Origin: Hypanus sabinus
Lineage: Eukaryota
Assembly: GCF_030144855.1 (NCBI RefSeq)
Contig: NC_082718.1
Span: 106,206,001-106,270,000, forward strand
Reading direction: 5' to 3'
Length of the DNA: 64,000 bases
Shown here: positions 37,826-52,569 of the stretch, piece after piece
How the letters are laid out: the number at the start of each line of letters is the position of its first letter
How positions within the stretch are numbered: the first letter of the stretch is position 1
Made by a program: the position numbers and the translations under genes
Notes under the pieces: generated by a model
The model's database searches: none
What the model was told of the DNA's origin: nothing
The model's input: the letters and a program-made list of their open reading frames with translations, nothing else

Positions 37826-40800
37826 GTCTAAAAGTCAGTAGTGTAACAGACAGCAAGTTCACCATAGCTTTGTTTAATCTTAAATTCAACTTCCTTTAAC
37901 CTTTCAACTACATTCCACATTCCTAATAATTCATGAAAATGAGCCGTTTACCAACAGGTCACAAAATAATGTATGGAGAACGGAAATATCAAAAACAGGA
38001 GAGTAGTAGGCTTGCCTTTTATATTCATGTGCAGTTTGAAAAACTGGTGCTAATATGGGTGCAAAAAAAGAACATACGATTTTCTTACCCAGACTGATCA
38101 ATTTAATTTGCATCATAACTGCTTTGTAATCAAACTGTTCAGACAACCTAGCATCAAACTAATTTGTACAAAATTATATCCAACCCAGGTAAGACTAAAA
38201 TCTTCCAATATAGTAAGTGTTGACAAACTAGTCCAACAATATTCTGGAAGTGATGCTTCAGAGAATATTACAAGCATGCCGAACTCTCCCAAATCCCTGG
38301 GTACATTCTGTCTGACATGAAAGAGGTGGTCATTTAGTCAAATGAAGGCAGGAAGGTGAAGCAATGGAAAACTTTGATGTCAACTCAAAGCCCCATGAAG
38401 TCACTAATCAAGGTCAAATAAAACCCATTAGCAGTGCTCCAACTGGAAGAAACACCAAAAATTCCAAGGGGTACAGAAAGGTACTTTGGTAGGGAAATTC
38501 AATGTTCCCCCCCCCCCCCCCATTATTGCATGTTCCAAATATGATAAACTAGCTAACAGCTCAAAACTGACCAATCAATAAGTACTGCAGACTATTAGCA
38601 ATACTGAAATACACCAACATTTATAAAGTCCTGTATAATCTCTTGACTATTATAATCAATTCTGGGAATGAACTCTAGTTCCCCAAACTCAGACCAGTAA
38701 GCTTCTAGTTATACCAGGTGTAGCTAAAAAATCAGGTGCCTACCTGACAAAATTACAACACAATCATGTCTATGCTCAGCAGCATACAAGTGAACTACAT
38801 TAAGACTTTGCCAAATCTAGTCATATAAAGGGGTAACACCCCTTTTCAAGATGAGAGTGCAGCATAAATGGAAGAGACTTAAGTATGTAGAACCACCTTC
38901 ATCCAGAAGTACTGAGTGATGATTCAACTTTACTTCATCCTAAGATCTTCCTCGTCACCATTGCCATACAAGCAACTACGTGCCTGTAAACTGGAAAGTT
39001 GTCCAGGCATATCCTGAAATATTAGACAATTCAATCTACTCTTAATCATAAATGATGAACAGTGTCATCAACATTACTACTGATTTTCCAAAGCCAGGCT
39101 TGTGCTTTGCTCTGTGCTAGACGTATCACAGATTTAAGTCCAACTGAGGCTCAAATTGTATACCAACAGGACATCAGCAGCATTTTACAGTGTGGCATCA
39201 AGGAGCTTTAGCTGTGATTACTGGAGATCGATCATGCAGATTCCAAGACATCACTGCAGGCCTTTGCTTCAAAGACTTTCCTTCCATCACAAGTTCAGAA
39301 GTGGGGATGCTTACTAATAATCTTTGATTCCAATCATCATAAAATGTCTACAGGCATTGACTGCTGCAAGATTTAGACCACATTTAGTCATGGGCCAATT
39401 AAATGACAAGTAATATATGCAAGATAAAACTGGTCAAATATTTACATCCAACAAGAAGGATGCCTTGATGTTTAATAGTCACCACCATCAGAAACTCAAC
39501 TGAAACACTTGAAGATGTGTCAAGGATTCAACAAGAATTTATTATCAAAATATACAGTATACAACCCTGAAATCCACCTGCAAGCAGCCACAAAACAAAC
39601 ACCATGGAAGCCATTCAAAGAGAACATCAAACACCCAACGTACGAAGAACAAATCATGCAATAGCAAAAAGCGAACAAACAATATTAAACATCAGACCAC
39701 AAGGGTCCTCAAAATGGCCTCAGAGTGTCATTTTGCGCTGTGCCATTCACTGACTGCAGGCCACAGAGCCAGTCCATGCCAAAGCACCCTGATCAAATCA
39801 CACAAAAATAGCCAAAAAAATTAATCAGGACATGTAAGAGTCCTCCAAAAAAAGTCCACAGCCAAAGCTGTGCTGATCAAATCTTGCAGTGTGAGGAAGA
39901 CTCTTGCACCCTTCTCCAGCAGCAGCCAGCAAAGGAAAGGGAGGTCGGTCAAACAGTCACCTTTTTCTCGTCTTCATCCATTTTGATCTTGCTTGATGCT
40001 TAATCGGTAAGGAGTAATGGACCTGATCATGGGTTTATGCTCTGCATTTAAGCCTCACACTCTGCTCCCAACCACACTGAATTTCCCCAAGAGACAGCAA
40101 ATGTGCCAGATCACTCAGTCAGCCCAAAAACATACCATTAAAATGTCAATTACAGGCTTCAATCATACACAGTTTAACTGCAGAAACATATTTTAAAGAA
40201 TAAATCAAAGTAGTAGTTTTGTGAACTGTCTGCAGGACACCGCCATTGGTCAATGGCACCACTAGTATTAACCCATTTCCTTACATCGCAAAGGCTTTTG
40301 CACAGTCTACAAAAGGGGCATAAGCCACAGGATCACAAGGCATGCTCCTGCCTGGATGAGCAGAGCTCCATCATTTAAGCTTAACACTATCCAAAGCAAT
40401 TAATTTGCCTGATGTGTTCCTATTCACCACTTTAAACCAACTACCACCAGCAAACAAGGCTGCATCATGTACCAAATGCACTGAAACAACACAAAGTAAA
40501 ATCAAAACCCATAATTTCTAGCACCAAGGACAAGGGCAAAAAGCACATGAGAATATCACCATCTGTAGATTCTGTTCCAATTGAGAAAAGATGTTTTTTG
40601 CCTTTTGTTGCTGCTAGCTTTCAATTGTAGAAGTGCCCAGCCAACACCTAGTCTTTGTCAGAAGATTGCTGTAGTTCAGGAAAAAATCCTCACCATTACC
40701 TTTCAAGAGCAGTAACTTCTGGTCTTGCTCATGATATCCACACTCCTATAAACAAAAACAATCAATTAAACCAGCCAACACAAGGCTGCTCTATATGCAA

Positions 40801-40835
40801 ATTGACAACACTTTCAAAAATGATATCAAAATTCA

Positions 40836-40841
40836 TTTATT
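40836..40841 (-). terminator. Probable DYNLL1 polyadenylation signal
   Basis: AATAAA on the minus strand about 235 nt downstream of the stop, followed by T/GT-rich sequence. Confidence 0.65.
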
Positions 40842-41076
40842 GAACTGGAAATGTTGGAAAAAAAGACAAGAAAATACATACAAGTCATCAGAAAACAGTG
40901 ACCTATTGTAGAATGACTCAGGGGGGAAATAAAGGCCTTAGGTGCACCATGCTAGAAATTACATAGGGCATATTCTTCCTCGTGTTTCCCTTTGTAGATT
41001 GATCAAAACAGAAGGAACAGTTCTCTTTAGTCTTACACTTGGATCAACTTCATTTGAAAGCCTCAGTTAAGCATCT

Positions 41077-41259
<183 letters not shown>

Positions 41260-42529
41260 TTATAATATTATTAATTATACACTGCAAATGTTTAAATATT
41301 GTATGTTGGAATGCTACAGGCATGTTGGGCCATAGGAAACAGGTCCAAAACATGTCTCCTCCTGTGCACATCACCCATTTCTAGAAATGTGCTCCTGCAA
41401 ACATACATAAAATAGCAAACAGAGTACATTGGGAAATATATGGAAAAATTGCCTTCATGCAATCTTGCTCAGGAGAAAAAGTTTCCAAAATAGAATGAAA
41501 AATGTAGGTATCCGCACTTATTCATACTCCAAAAAAAAGCACAGAACAAAGATTGACACCTACTCTAATTTCACAGTACTTATTCTTGAAATTCTACAAA
41601 CTGGAGATTCCATTTGCAGAAGAAACTAATAATTATCTGGATGTATGAAGAGGGTAACAAAATTACTACGATACAACAAACCAGGGTGTAGCAAAATGAC
41701 TCAACAGGTATACAGTTTCTACCTGAAGTTCCATTCAAAGCATTGTGTAATAATGTATTTGAAAGTAATAGCAATAAAAACAATAAAGCAATAAAAGCAA
41801 TAATAGCAATAAAAACAATAAAGAAACAGAGGATCTTGATATAAAAGCAGGAAAATGAAGGCAATGTAAAATGCAGAATAAATGGAAAATTTAGTAGAAT
41901 GCTATGGTATGACATTGAATATCTGTTTATTATTAAGCATTGTATTCACGGTAATAGATTGTTTTTATAGATTGACAAGATAATGGGAGATCTTAACACT
42001 AAGATATAATAAAATCACAAAGGGGATTGAAAAGTATGTGAAAGAGATGGACAAATAATAATACCCTTGGAATTATACTTAGAGGCACCTGAAATCAGCA
42101 ATCAAATAGTGGATAGCAAAAGAACGCTGAAGAACATTTGGAAAATGGAAAGGGCACAATTAGCAAATCATCATGATTAAAGACACTGGCGCAGATTTTA
42201 TGGGTCAAATGGCTTATTTCTATCACAATATACATTGTATATTGTATATCACAATATACAAATATTGAAGATAATAAATTATAACTAGAAAAATTACACA
42301 GAATAGGTTTACAAAATGGCAATTAATCTATATAAACATGAGAAAATCTGCAGATACTGGAAATTCAAGCAACACACACAAAATGCTGAAGGAACCCAGC
42401 AGCCTAGGCAGTATCTATGGAAAAGTCTCCTGATGAAGGGCCTTGGCCCAAAATTTGACTATTTACTCTTTTCCATAGATACTGCCTATCCTCAAGTTAC
42501 TCCAGCATTTTTATTCCTGTAATTAATGT

Positions 42530-43165
42530 TCATAGCTCTTTGAAAATGGCTACTCAGGTCGATAAGGTGGTTAAAGCAGCTTATGGAAACTTGCTTTTAT
42601 TAATCAAGGCATTAAGTTCAGAAGTCAGGAGGTTATGTTGCTTTATAAAACTCTGGTTTGGCCATATCTGGAGTACTGCACACAGTTCTGATCACCCCAC
42701 TATAGGAAGGATGCTGAAGGGGTTTACCAGGATGTGGCCTGGTTTAGTGGGCATGTGAGAGGCTGAATAAACTTCGGCTGTTTTCTCTGGAGAGATGAAA
42801 GCTGAGGGGAGCTCTGATAGAGGCTTGCTTAGAATGCAGAGATGTTTTCCAGGGTTGAAATGTCTAATGCCAGAGAGCATGCATTGAAGGTGAGGCGGGT
42901 AGGTTCAAGGGGGATGTAAGGGGCAAATTTTTTTTATTACTCAGAGTTGTGGATACCTGGAATGGTAGCAGAGGCAAATAGATTAGAGGCTTTTAAGAAA
43001 CATTTGGATTGGAACATGGATGTAAGGAAGATTGAGGTATATCGACATTATGTAGTTGGGGGGGGGGGAATTAGTGTTTGGGTATTTTGATTTGCTTTTT
43101 AGCTGGTTCAGCACAACACTGAGGGCCGAATGGCCCATTCCTGTGCTGTACTCTTCTACGTTCTA
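42530..43165 (+). mobile_element. CR1 LINE 3' fragment in the DYNLL1 intron
   Basis: MKMATQVDKVVKAAYG.. followed by a CR1-type 3' end GGGCCGAATGGCC..GTGCTGTACTCTTCTACGTTCTA. Confidence 0.8.
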
Positions 43166-44159
43166 ACAATTATAATTAGAACTAGAACAATCTTTGTACT
43201 CCATTCTCCCTTTCCAAGTCAGATTAAAGTAGTATAGGCCTCTAGCAGAAACTAAACTGGCCTGCAATATTAAAATCCCCTCTAGCAAATAGCAGGACGT
43301 TACTTATAACATCTCTGGAAATAAAAGATTGCATAACATTTTTGTCTGATCAGTTATTAAAGTACTTATAAATTAAATGCTTTAAAAAGCTTTTTCCCCA
43401 AAAAATATTGTATGCACTCCACAAAATTATAAAAATGTTAAGGTATTTGGCTATAAAGGATACAAACGCAATCTTAAACAACATTTTAAAAGGCAAATAC
43501 AATAAAGTTGTATTGACAAGGCACAATCTTTTAATATATTGTAATAATCAGCAGAGGGATTGCCACCAAAATAAACAACGGGTTTAAAAAGTAGTCCCAC
43601 TAAAATGCACTGCAAATCAGAATTTATACTCTTTACTGGTTCTCTGAAATTCTGCTGTGAAGAATCACAAAGGTATCTTAATTCAGCAAAGTTATTACCT
43701 ACATTTTTTAACATTGATATTATTACCCTACCTGGTTATAAGCCCAATGTTTAAGTTTTGTTTATAAATGTTCCAATGCTACCAAAAAAAAGAGGTGGAA
43801 GGTCGGAGAGTTAAAAAAAAATCACCCATAATTAAGAAAACAAACATTAATCTTTTTTTTAAATTCAAGTATAAACAATGTAGAATCTGGGATATTTTTT
43901 GTAACCTGCTTTAGGTTTTGTGCTATCTCAAACTGAGATGGCGTGTAGAAAATCAGCCCCGCCAACTGAGTCAGCAGTTAGATATCCCCACAGTAACCTC
44001 CTGAGCTTTGTCAAATGGCACGCAAAGGGTTGTGAATGGACTTTGACTGACAGCATAAATGACATTTTCTTTTCAGGACAAAGCAGGCACTCCTCTCAAT
44101 AATCCAACCCAGTCAACATAGTTACAACTATAATTCAACTTCTGTTGCAGCAATCTGAC

Positions 44160-44291
44160 CTTCTTGATGTAAGCTGCTATGTCCTTCTCAATGTTGTACT
44201 TCTCTAGTGCCTGAGTAGCACACTCCACAGCTTCCTGCTGCATGTCTTCAGGCATGTCAGCATTCTTAACGACAGCTTTTCTTTCAGACAT
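44160..44291 (-). CDS. DYNLL1: Dynein light chain LC8, first coding exon
   Basis: [44 protein letters not shown]; donor GTCAGA; acceptor at 44300-44301; 132 nt; 89 aa in total. Confidence 0.93.
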
Positions 44292-45619
44292 CTTTAAATC
44301 TGGCAGACAAATACAAAAGTATCAAAGAAATTATGTAGAATTGAATAATAAAGTATTCAAAGCAGTTCATTGCAATTATTTCATATTGCCAAAAATTAGA
44401 AATCATATAGAACAAAGCTATTAATCTACAACAGCTCCACACGAAGAAAAGCAATTTCAAAAAGTATTTCTATCTTTAAACTGAAACATCCACAAATCCT
44501 TTCCTACCACTGATACTGGGGTGGAGAGGTTCAAGTTCCTGGAATGTAAACATCACCAATAGTTTGACTATTGCAGAGGAAGCACAGTAGTACCTCTCCT
44601 TCCTTGGGCCAGCCAGATTCAGCATGTCCGTGATGATCCCCACTGATATTTTTTAAATATATACAATATGCATCATACAGTGCATCCGACTAGCTGTATG
44701 GCAACTTGATGTGACAACTGCTTTGCCCTAGATCACCGGCAATGCTGTGAACACAGCCCCGTCAAAACACCCCTCCCCTGCCTCAGGAAAGCAGTCAACA
44801 TAATCAGCCCGCTCTAGTCACTTTGTCTTCCCCACACACCCAGATGCAAGCATTTAAAACATGTAACATCAGGGCAGCCTCTATCCTACTATTGTCTCTT
44901 GCATAATAAAGATTGAATGAACTCTTATCTCTCGATCTCCCGTCATGACCCTTGCATTCTGTCAGCTTGTACAGACTCCTCTGTAAATGTACCAGTATAT
45001 TCTGCATCGTTATTGTTCTCCCTTTTGTAATAGCTCAATATACTTGGGTTGAGAATGTAAGGCAAGCAAAACAAAGCTCTTCACTGTAAAACGGTACACG
45101 TGACAACAATCTCGTTTCCCTGCAGATGCTGCTCGACTCACTGGGCTCCTCCGGCGGACTGTAGATCTGACAACAGACAACCCGCAGTCTCTTGTCTGTA
45201 CACAACTCGTATTCTAGGGCAGAGTCTAAGAAAGCTCTTGACTTTATTAAGAAGTTTCCAGCTGATACTTATTAAGTTTCAGTCCGTTTTTTTTCTTCAC
45301 CCAAGCAGTTCACCATCACGACGCTCACAGTGATAAAGGGTCGGGAGTGGAGGAGGGCTGAGGAGGAAGGCGAGCCCCAGAGCGAAGTAAGGACGAAAGG
45401 AACGAGGGATGTGCAAGGAAGCGGAATAGAGATCGTTTTATCGCTGTCCTTGTTTCGGCTAGACACGGGCACACCACTCCAGACAGTACATCAATCCGAC
45501 GCTGAAATGGAGAAGGATCCCGCCCAAAATCCCAAACCATTGAGGTATTTTTTAAAAATCTTGTGGAGTTGAAGTAAGGACAATGCTGGAGCGAATGCAT
45601 CAAATGGAAAACCCTTGGC

Positions 45620-46265
45620 CAGACTCCACGGACGTTGAGTGGTTTCTGGACCGGGCGAGTGATAGCGAGATGGAAAGGACAATGGAAACGGGTCCACCCG
45701 GAGCAGAGTAACGGCACCGACTACCACCCCCCCCCCCCATCTCTCGGCTTCCCCAGGCTTTCAAACAATAAGCGGCAACCGTCGCCTCATGTTATAACCG
45801 TTATATTTTCCTCACGAGGCTCCAGGCTATTGATTCGACACTGATATTTATCAGGACGACGATTCTGTACTCACTGGGTTTTTTCTCTGCAGCTGGACGA
45901 AAGTACTCTTGTTGAGGGAGCAGACGCCGAGCACCCGAGTCCCCGACCCCGACCACCGCCTGATTGTTCGCCCGCGCCGTCACACAGCAGCACCAGCCCC
46001 CCGGGCGGCCGCGGCCGCGCCCCTGCCTTCTCCCGATTGGCTGTCTGCAGCCCGTGCGGGGCATTCATTGGCCAGCTCAATCAATAAGCCTGCTGCTATT
46101 TACCACAGCATTTTATTCCGAACCGGCATGCAGCGGGGCAAGGCGTCGTCAACAGGGACGCGTCCTAGCAACCAGTGATGGTTTTCGGCCACTGAGGTAC
46201 AGGGCCTCGGAGAGCGAGTCGATCAGCCGGCCGGGCTCTACCGGAAGTGGTGTACGTAACAGAAA
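45620..46265 (-). promoter_or_regulatory. DYNLL1 CpG-island promoter
   Basis: CpG dense; two minus-strand CCAAT boxes (about 46036 and 46068); ETS site CCGGAAGTG at 46241. Confidence 0.75.
45875..46000 (-). other. DYNLL1: Probable non-coding first exon of DYNLL1
   Basis: Donor CA|GTGAGT at 45874 inside the CpG island; TSS position approximate. Confidence 0.65.
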
Positions 46266-46289
46266 ATGACATTATGCAGAAGCTGTGCC

Positions 46290-48095
46290 CTCCCCGGGAA
46301 AATAAGATTCACCATATCTATGTCCTACATGATTTTATACAGCTCTGTAAGATCTCCCTTCATTCTCCTCTGCTGTAAGGAATGCAGATCCTCAGCTCCT
46401 CAAATCCTCAAATCCTGGGAACATTCTTGTAAATCTTTTCTTGCAGCTTAATGGCATCTTTCCTAACACGGCGTAAAACAAAACTGTACACAGTGCTCCT
46501 ACATCTCATTCCACCGAGATGTAACACTGAGCGTCATAGGAGGTCATTCCTACCTGTGGTCATCAAACTTTACAACTCCTCCCTCAGAGTGTCAGACACC
46601 CTGAGCCAATAGGCTGGTCCTGGACTTATTTCCACTTGGCATGATTAACATTATTATTTATGGTTTTATATTGCTATATTTCTTCACTATTCTTGGTTGG
46701 TGCGGCTGTAACGAAACCCATTTTCCCTCAGGATCAGTAAAGTATATCTGTCTGTCTGTCTGTCATCTTGTACAACTGCAACATAACATCACAACTCCTA
46801 TAGTCAGTGGTCTGACTGGAGATGGCCAGCGTGCCAGACGCTTTCATCATCACCTTGTATGATTATGATGCCACATTCGAGGAACAATGTTCTTGTACTT
46901 CTGTGTCCCTCTGTTCTATAACACTCTCTATGGTCCCATTGTAAAAGTTCTACTTTTGGTCTGACTTCCCCAAATGAAACAATAGACAATAGGTGCAGGA
47001 GTAGGCCATTCGGCCCATCAAGCCAGCACCACCATTCAACATGATCATGGATGATCATCCACAATCAGTACCCCGTTCCTGCCTTCTCCCCATATCCCTT
47101 GACTCTGCTATCTTTAAGAGTATCTAACTCTTTCTTGAAAGCATCTAGAGAACTGGCTTCCACTGCCTTCTGGAGCAGAGCATTCCATAGATTCACAACT
47201 CTCTGGGTGAAAAACTTTTCCCAGAACTCAGTTCTAAATGGCCTACCCCTTATTCTTAAACTGGTTCTGGACTCCCCCAACTCCAGGAACATGTTTCCTG
47301 CCTCTAGTGTGTCCAATCCTTTAATAATCTTATATGTTTCAATCGGGTCCCCTCTCATCCTTTTAAATTCCAGTGTATACATGCCCAGTCGCTCCAATCT
47401 TTGAACATATGACAGTCCCACCATCCTGGGAATAAACCTCGTGAACCTACGCTGCACTCCCTCAATAGCAAGAATGTCCTTCCTCAAATTTGGAGACCAA
47501 AACTGAACACAATACTCCAGGTGTGGTCTCACCAGGGCCCTGTACAACTGCAGAAGGACCTCTTTGCTCCTATACTCAACTCCCCTTGTTATGTCTCAAA
47601 CCTTAATTGAATTGAACCCTATCTTCCATTGCTTGGTCTGCTTATCCAGCTGATCAAGATCCCTTTGTAATTTTAGTAACTTTCTTTACTGTCTATGATA
47701 CCTCTAATTTTAGTGTTGCTTGTGAGGTTACTGGCCATGCCTTGGACATTCTCATCTATATCATTTATATAAATGACAATGGGTCCAACAGCAGTAACTG
47801 TTGCTCCGACCACTGGACTCTAGTCTGAAAAACATCCTTCCTCCATAACCCTCTTGCTCCAAACCAATTATGCATGCACTTAGCCACTTGTCCCTGAATC
47901 CCATGTGAATGAATCATATAGACAGCATCCACTGCCCTACCCTCATATGTCCTCATGGTTACCTCTTCAAAATAACTCTAACAGATTTGTGAGACACAAT
48001 ATCCCACACACAAAGCCTTTCTGACTATCCCTAATCAGTCTTTGTCTATTGAAATGTTGGTAGATCCTGTCCCTCGGAATTCCCTCCAATAACCA
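46290..48095 (-). mobile_element. Nested LINE fragments: older CR1 containing a younger CR1 3' fragment (about 46978-47590) and a plus-strand Rex1/L2-like 3' end (about 46500-46765)
   Basis: ORF 47065-47547 (LVRPHLEYCVQFWSP..FFTQRVVNLWN); ORF 47765-47956 RT remnant; (CTGT)n tail near 46750. Confidence 0.8.
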
Positions 48096-49649
48096 TAAAG
48101 ACAAGATATTCTGCAGAAACCAGAAATCTGGAGCAGCATATAAAGGTTCATTTCATTTTATTGTCAAAGTATGCATCGATAATACAACTCTGATATTTGA
48201 CTACTCCAGATAGATATTAAATACAGAAAGGCCATGGGTATTGATGAAGGAAAATACATTAACTTCTACCTCACCCCCCCCCCCCCACCAACTGGCATGA
48301 AAAAGAAAAGAAACAAAACTCATAGATCCCCAAATCCCCCCCACCCGCAGCAAAAGAAAACAGCCACAATAACAATCCCTGACCCCCCTCACTCACAAAA
48401 AAAAGACAATAGAACCAAAGCCCAACCCCACCTCTTACACACAAAAAAATTAACAGATCACTCGCCCACCAATTGTCCACCAGAAAGAAAACACTGAAAA
48501 ACTGAAGGAAACCAACATAAATTACAGTCCAATAATCACATAAATCTCAGAGCAAAATCCTGGAGAAACTCAGCAGGTCAGGCAGCATCTAGGGAAAAGA
48601 ATAAACAATCAACTTTTCAGGCTGAAGTTGGCTGTTTTCTCCTTTCCACAGATGCTGCCCAACCAGCTGAGCTTCTCCAGCATTTTGAATGTGTTATCGA
48701 TCCAGTATTGAACTCAGCTCACTAACCTGTGTCCCTTGGCTTGCCTTTACTGCCCTTCTTAAATAACATACAACAATGGCCACTCTCCAGTCTGCCTGAA
48801 GTTTACCTGTGGCTAATTTCTATTATTATTTTGGTTTGTTCATAACATCCTTAGAAAAGTTATAACTCAGAAGGATTCTCTTTGGCCTATCATCACCATC
48901 CTGGTCAATAAAGAACTACCTGGCCTAATCTCAGCTTACATCACCAGGACAATAGCTCTGTAGGTACTTATCCAGACACTTTCTAAATATGATATAAAAA
49001 TAGAAAATGCTGGCAACTGCAGAGAGCAAGAAGCAAAGATAATACATTATTTCAAGATATTTATCAGAACTGGAAAATGTGAGAAAAAAATGTGTTTAAA
49101 GTTGAGAGAAGGGGGAGATGTGAAGGTAACATACTAAATGATAGGATGGAGACTAAGAGAATCCCAGTGATGCAGATAGTATTGGTGCCACCTGAGAGAA
49201 GGAGGTGAAGGGTGGTTCATCATAGCTGATCTGCCTGGAGGAGGTGTACATAAAGTGGAATAAGTAACAACAAATAAAAAAAAAGTATGTGGTATGTTGA
49301 ACACAGCAGCTGCTCAAAATCTGAAGTAAATACTCAGTAGATCAGTTACCATCCATCAGGAGAGCAGGACTGAGTTAATATTACTCAATGATCACCATGC
49401 ATCAAGCCTATTCAGTTCAGACAACATTCAAAAAGTTCATTGCAGTATGTAAAGTGCTGGCAGAAATCGATGACAGAGTCATCGATTCTGATGACTCTGG
49501 ATGGAATTCAGATTTCCATTCTGAATGGAAGATCGGAATAATGTTCCATTCTCCCAGGTGGAAGGAGTCACAATAGTTGTGGATAGCTGAGGGAGACTTA
49601 ATTCAAGTGTATACAGTTTGTGAGGCCTAGACAGAGCCGGGTGCATAGA

Positions 49650-50240
49650 CATAAAATACCTCTTGCAGCCGCTCAGATTTCCAGACCAATGCAATCTTTT
49701 GCTCATCTTGTCTGTAATCAAATTACTTTAAATCTATGATCCCAGATTTTTGACCCCTTAGTACCAACGATTCTACATGGCCTTTTCTGACTTTATAAAA
49801 GCCTTTGAGTACAATAATTGGGAAGGACTGTGAACAGTCCCTCTCATTTTTTTCTGTGCACAGAAATTCCTCGTCATCTTGCATTTACTGCATCTTGGTA
49901 TGAATGTTGGCAGTCCCAATTTTCAGAACAGATAGGTGCCAATCAATGCTCCATTCCTACCCAAAGACATGCTTCTCGATCTCTCTTACTGTGGTGCTGC
50001 ATTTATCCTCTATCTGGAGGGGATCTACAGCATCACTGGAAACTGTACCACTTTCAATGAACTGCAAAGTCACTCTTGCATCAATATTCATGTCTGATAT
50101 CCTCCAGACAGCAGTATTCCATGCCCTCTTCTACACTTATGAAACATGGACAACCCATGGCAGATGCTTCAAAGGATTGGTGAGGTTCCATCAATGTTAT
50201 CTCCTCAAAATCTTCCAAATACTCTGGCAGGATAAGAAAA
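49650..50240 (+). mobile_element. Old RTE-clade LINE RT remnant
   Basis: LFYTYETWTT..LVRFHQCYLLKIFQILWQDK in ORF 49904-50359. Confidence 0.6.
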
Positions 50241-52569
50241 CATCTGAGGCTGGTCATTTATCCCTTTCAAAAATCCTAAGCTCAATAATACTTAACTTTT
50301 TTACTCTGCTTGTCCACTGTTCCACACACCAGCACCATACTCCTCCTTGTATTCATTAAGAACATTTACTGAATCCTCTGCTACCACTCAGTGGTTACTT
50401 TATGTTCCCTAATAGCCCTACTCTTACCTTTGTCATTTTATCTGCCAATTATTTCATGCTGTCTCTTTGCTTTCTTACCCCATTTCCTATATTCTTCAAG
50501 GATTTTGCATGGACATGGGTTCTTTGTTTCCTTTATCCCAAGCACTTTAGTCCAAGGAGCTATAGATCTGGAAGTCATGCTATGATTACCGTAATCTCAT
50601 TTTCTCCTTGAATACCTCCTATTTATGTAAAATTGAATTGTTGTCAAGTAGCTGGTTCACTTCTAAATTACATCTCAGCTTATTTTATCTTTTTTTCCCA
50701 AAATTGTACTAAATCTAACTGAGTTTTGATTATCACAACAAAAGTGCTTTATCATTGATATTCTTTCCACCTGCTTGGTTCATTTCATAATGCTAAATAT
50801 AGAATTGACCCTTTTCTTAATTTCCTGGTCTTGCTACATACTGGCTTTAAAAACAAATCCTCCTAATTAGTGTCTTCCCATTTATTTCATTCTCAGCTAA
50901 TCCATTTTGCTTAAAGTTTATCTACAATATTTTTGATACTGATGGAAGGTCAGTGACATGAAAAATTAACTGTGTTTCTACACAAATGCTGCTGACTTCC
51001 AGAACATTTCCATTATTTTCTGTTAATTGGATACAAAGGCTATTTTTTAAAGGAATTGAGGCTCAAAGCAAAATGAATTGGCCCAACAATGTATTCTGTA
51101 AAGAGCTTGCTTAATTTACAAAATCTTAAACTGGCAATTTAATAAATAAAATAAACACAATAAAATAATTTAGAATCATTATAACCACATTTCACTGATT
51201 AAGAAACAAGTAGATGTTGCAGAAATTTGCAGTGGTCCTATCAGCATTTTTCAAAATGTAGATTTGATTAAAATGTCTTCTTTGGCTCATTGTTAGTATT
51301 AAGAGAAAGGAAGAGAACTGAGTATTCTCTCTAAGAAAAGATAGTGTTATTCTGTACTGTTTTATTCTTTTTCATCAGTAGTTTAAAATTATGAATCTCT
51401 TTGCTCAATAGCATTGTGGTAATACAGTACTTTTACCACAAGAAATGAGGCAGTTCAAGATGGTGGCTCATCACCAATTGTTTTGAAAAAAACAGTTGGG
51501 GATGGGCACTAAATGCTGACTTTGCTAGTAATATCCCATGTGAAAATAAAATCCAAACCCATTAGCTTAACCATTAAATTGAGACGGAACCTAGGATTTG
51601 TCTGGCTCAGTATAACAAGGTAAGGTGTGCAATGGTTGTGTGTTTTCTAAGCTGATGTTACTCTGCTGTTTGTATGGGAAATATGTTAATAGACATAACA
51701 AACTATTCATTCTGAACAAAATATTTTAATATCCTGTATGTCTAGCTAAATCCTATCTGGAAATCCAAATGATCTATAGGTTACTCTTCATTATCTCTCC
51801 TTGTTATAGCCCAAAACACCTTAGGAAACCTGTCAAATATGAGTTTTCTTTCATAAAACAACATTTACTTGATCTGATTTCATTAAGTTTCTTTAAATGG
51901 CAAGTTATTTCTTTTTTGATTCTAGTCTCCAGTATCTTCCCAACAATAGGTGTAAACTTGCCTATAGTCCCCCCCCCCCCTTTTTATCTCGGTCCCTTCC
52001 TGAACATTTGCAGTTTTCCTATCTGTTTGGGCCCTCAAGTGAAGAACATCAGGTCTTGGTCACTTGTCCATCTTTAGTCCCATAAGTTTTTTTTCCAGTA
52101 CTTTGCCATTTGTGATAGGGATTGTTGCAAGTTCTTCCTTTCTTATTTGAAATTTAGCCATTTGTTATTCTTGCGATATTTGCCACATCCTTCACCAAGT
52201 AAACTAATGCAAGGTATTGATTGAAATTAATTGTCATTTCCTTGCTTCCTATTATTATTTCCCCAGTCTCACTCTCCAAGTGTCCTGTACATACTATAGC
52301 TACTACTTTTTATAATCCATAGAAATGCTTGCTCTTTGTTTTGATATTACTTGCTGTTTACTCTCACTGCTTTCCTCTCTCCTCAGTAGTTCTTTAATCC
52401 ATCAGAATCAGGTTTATTATTGTTGACTTGTTATGACATGAAATCTGTTCTTTTTGCAGCAATGCACAAAGTAAATTTATTATCAAAGTACATAAATGTC
52501 ACTATATACTACCTTAAGATTCACTTTTTTGCAGGCATTTACAGGGAAATAAAGAAATACAATAGAATT

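Noticed and set aside
45325-46269. Cluster of 60-130 aa ORFs
   Set aside because: Expected by-product of the GC-rich DYNLL1 CpG island; no recognisable homology.
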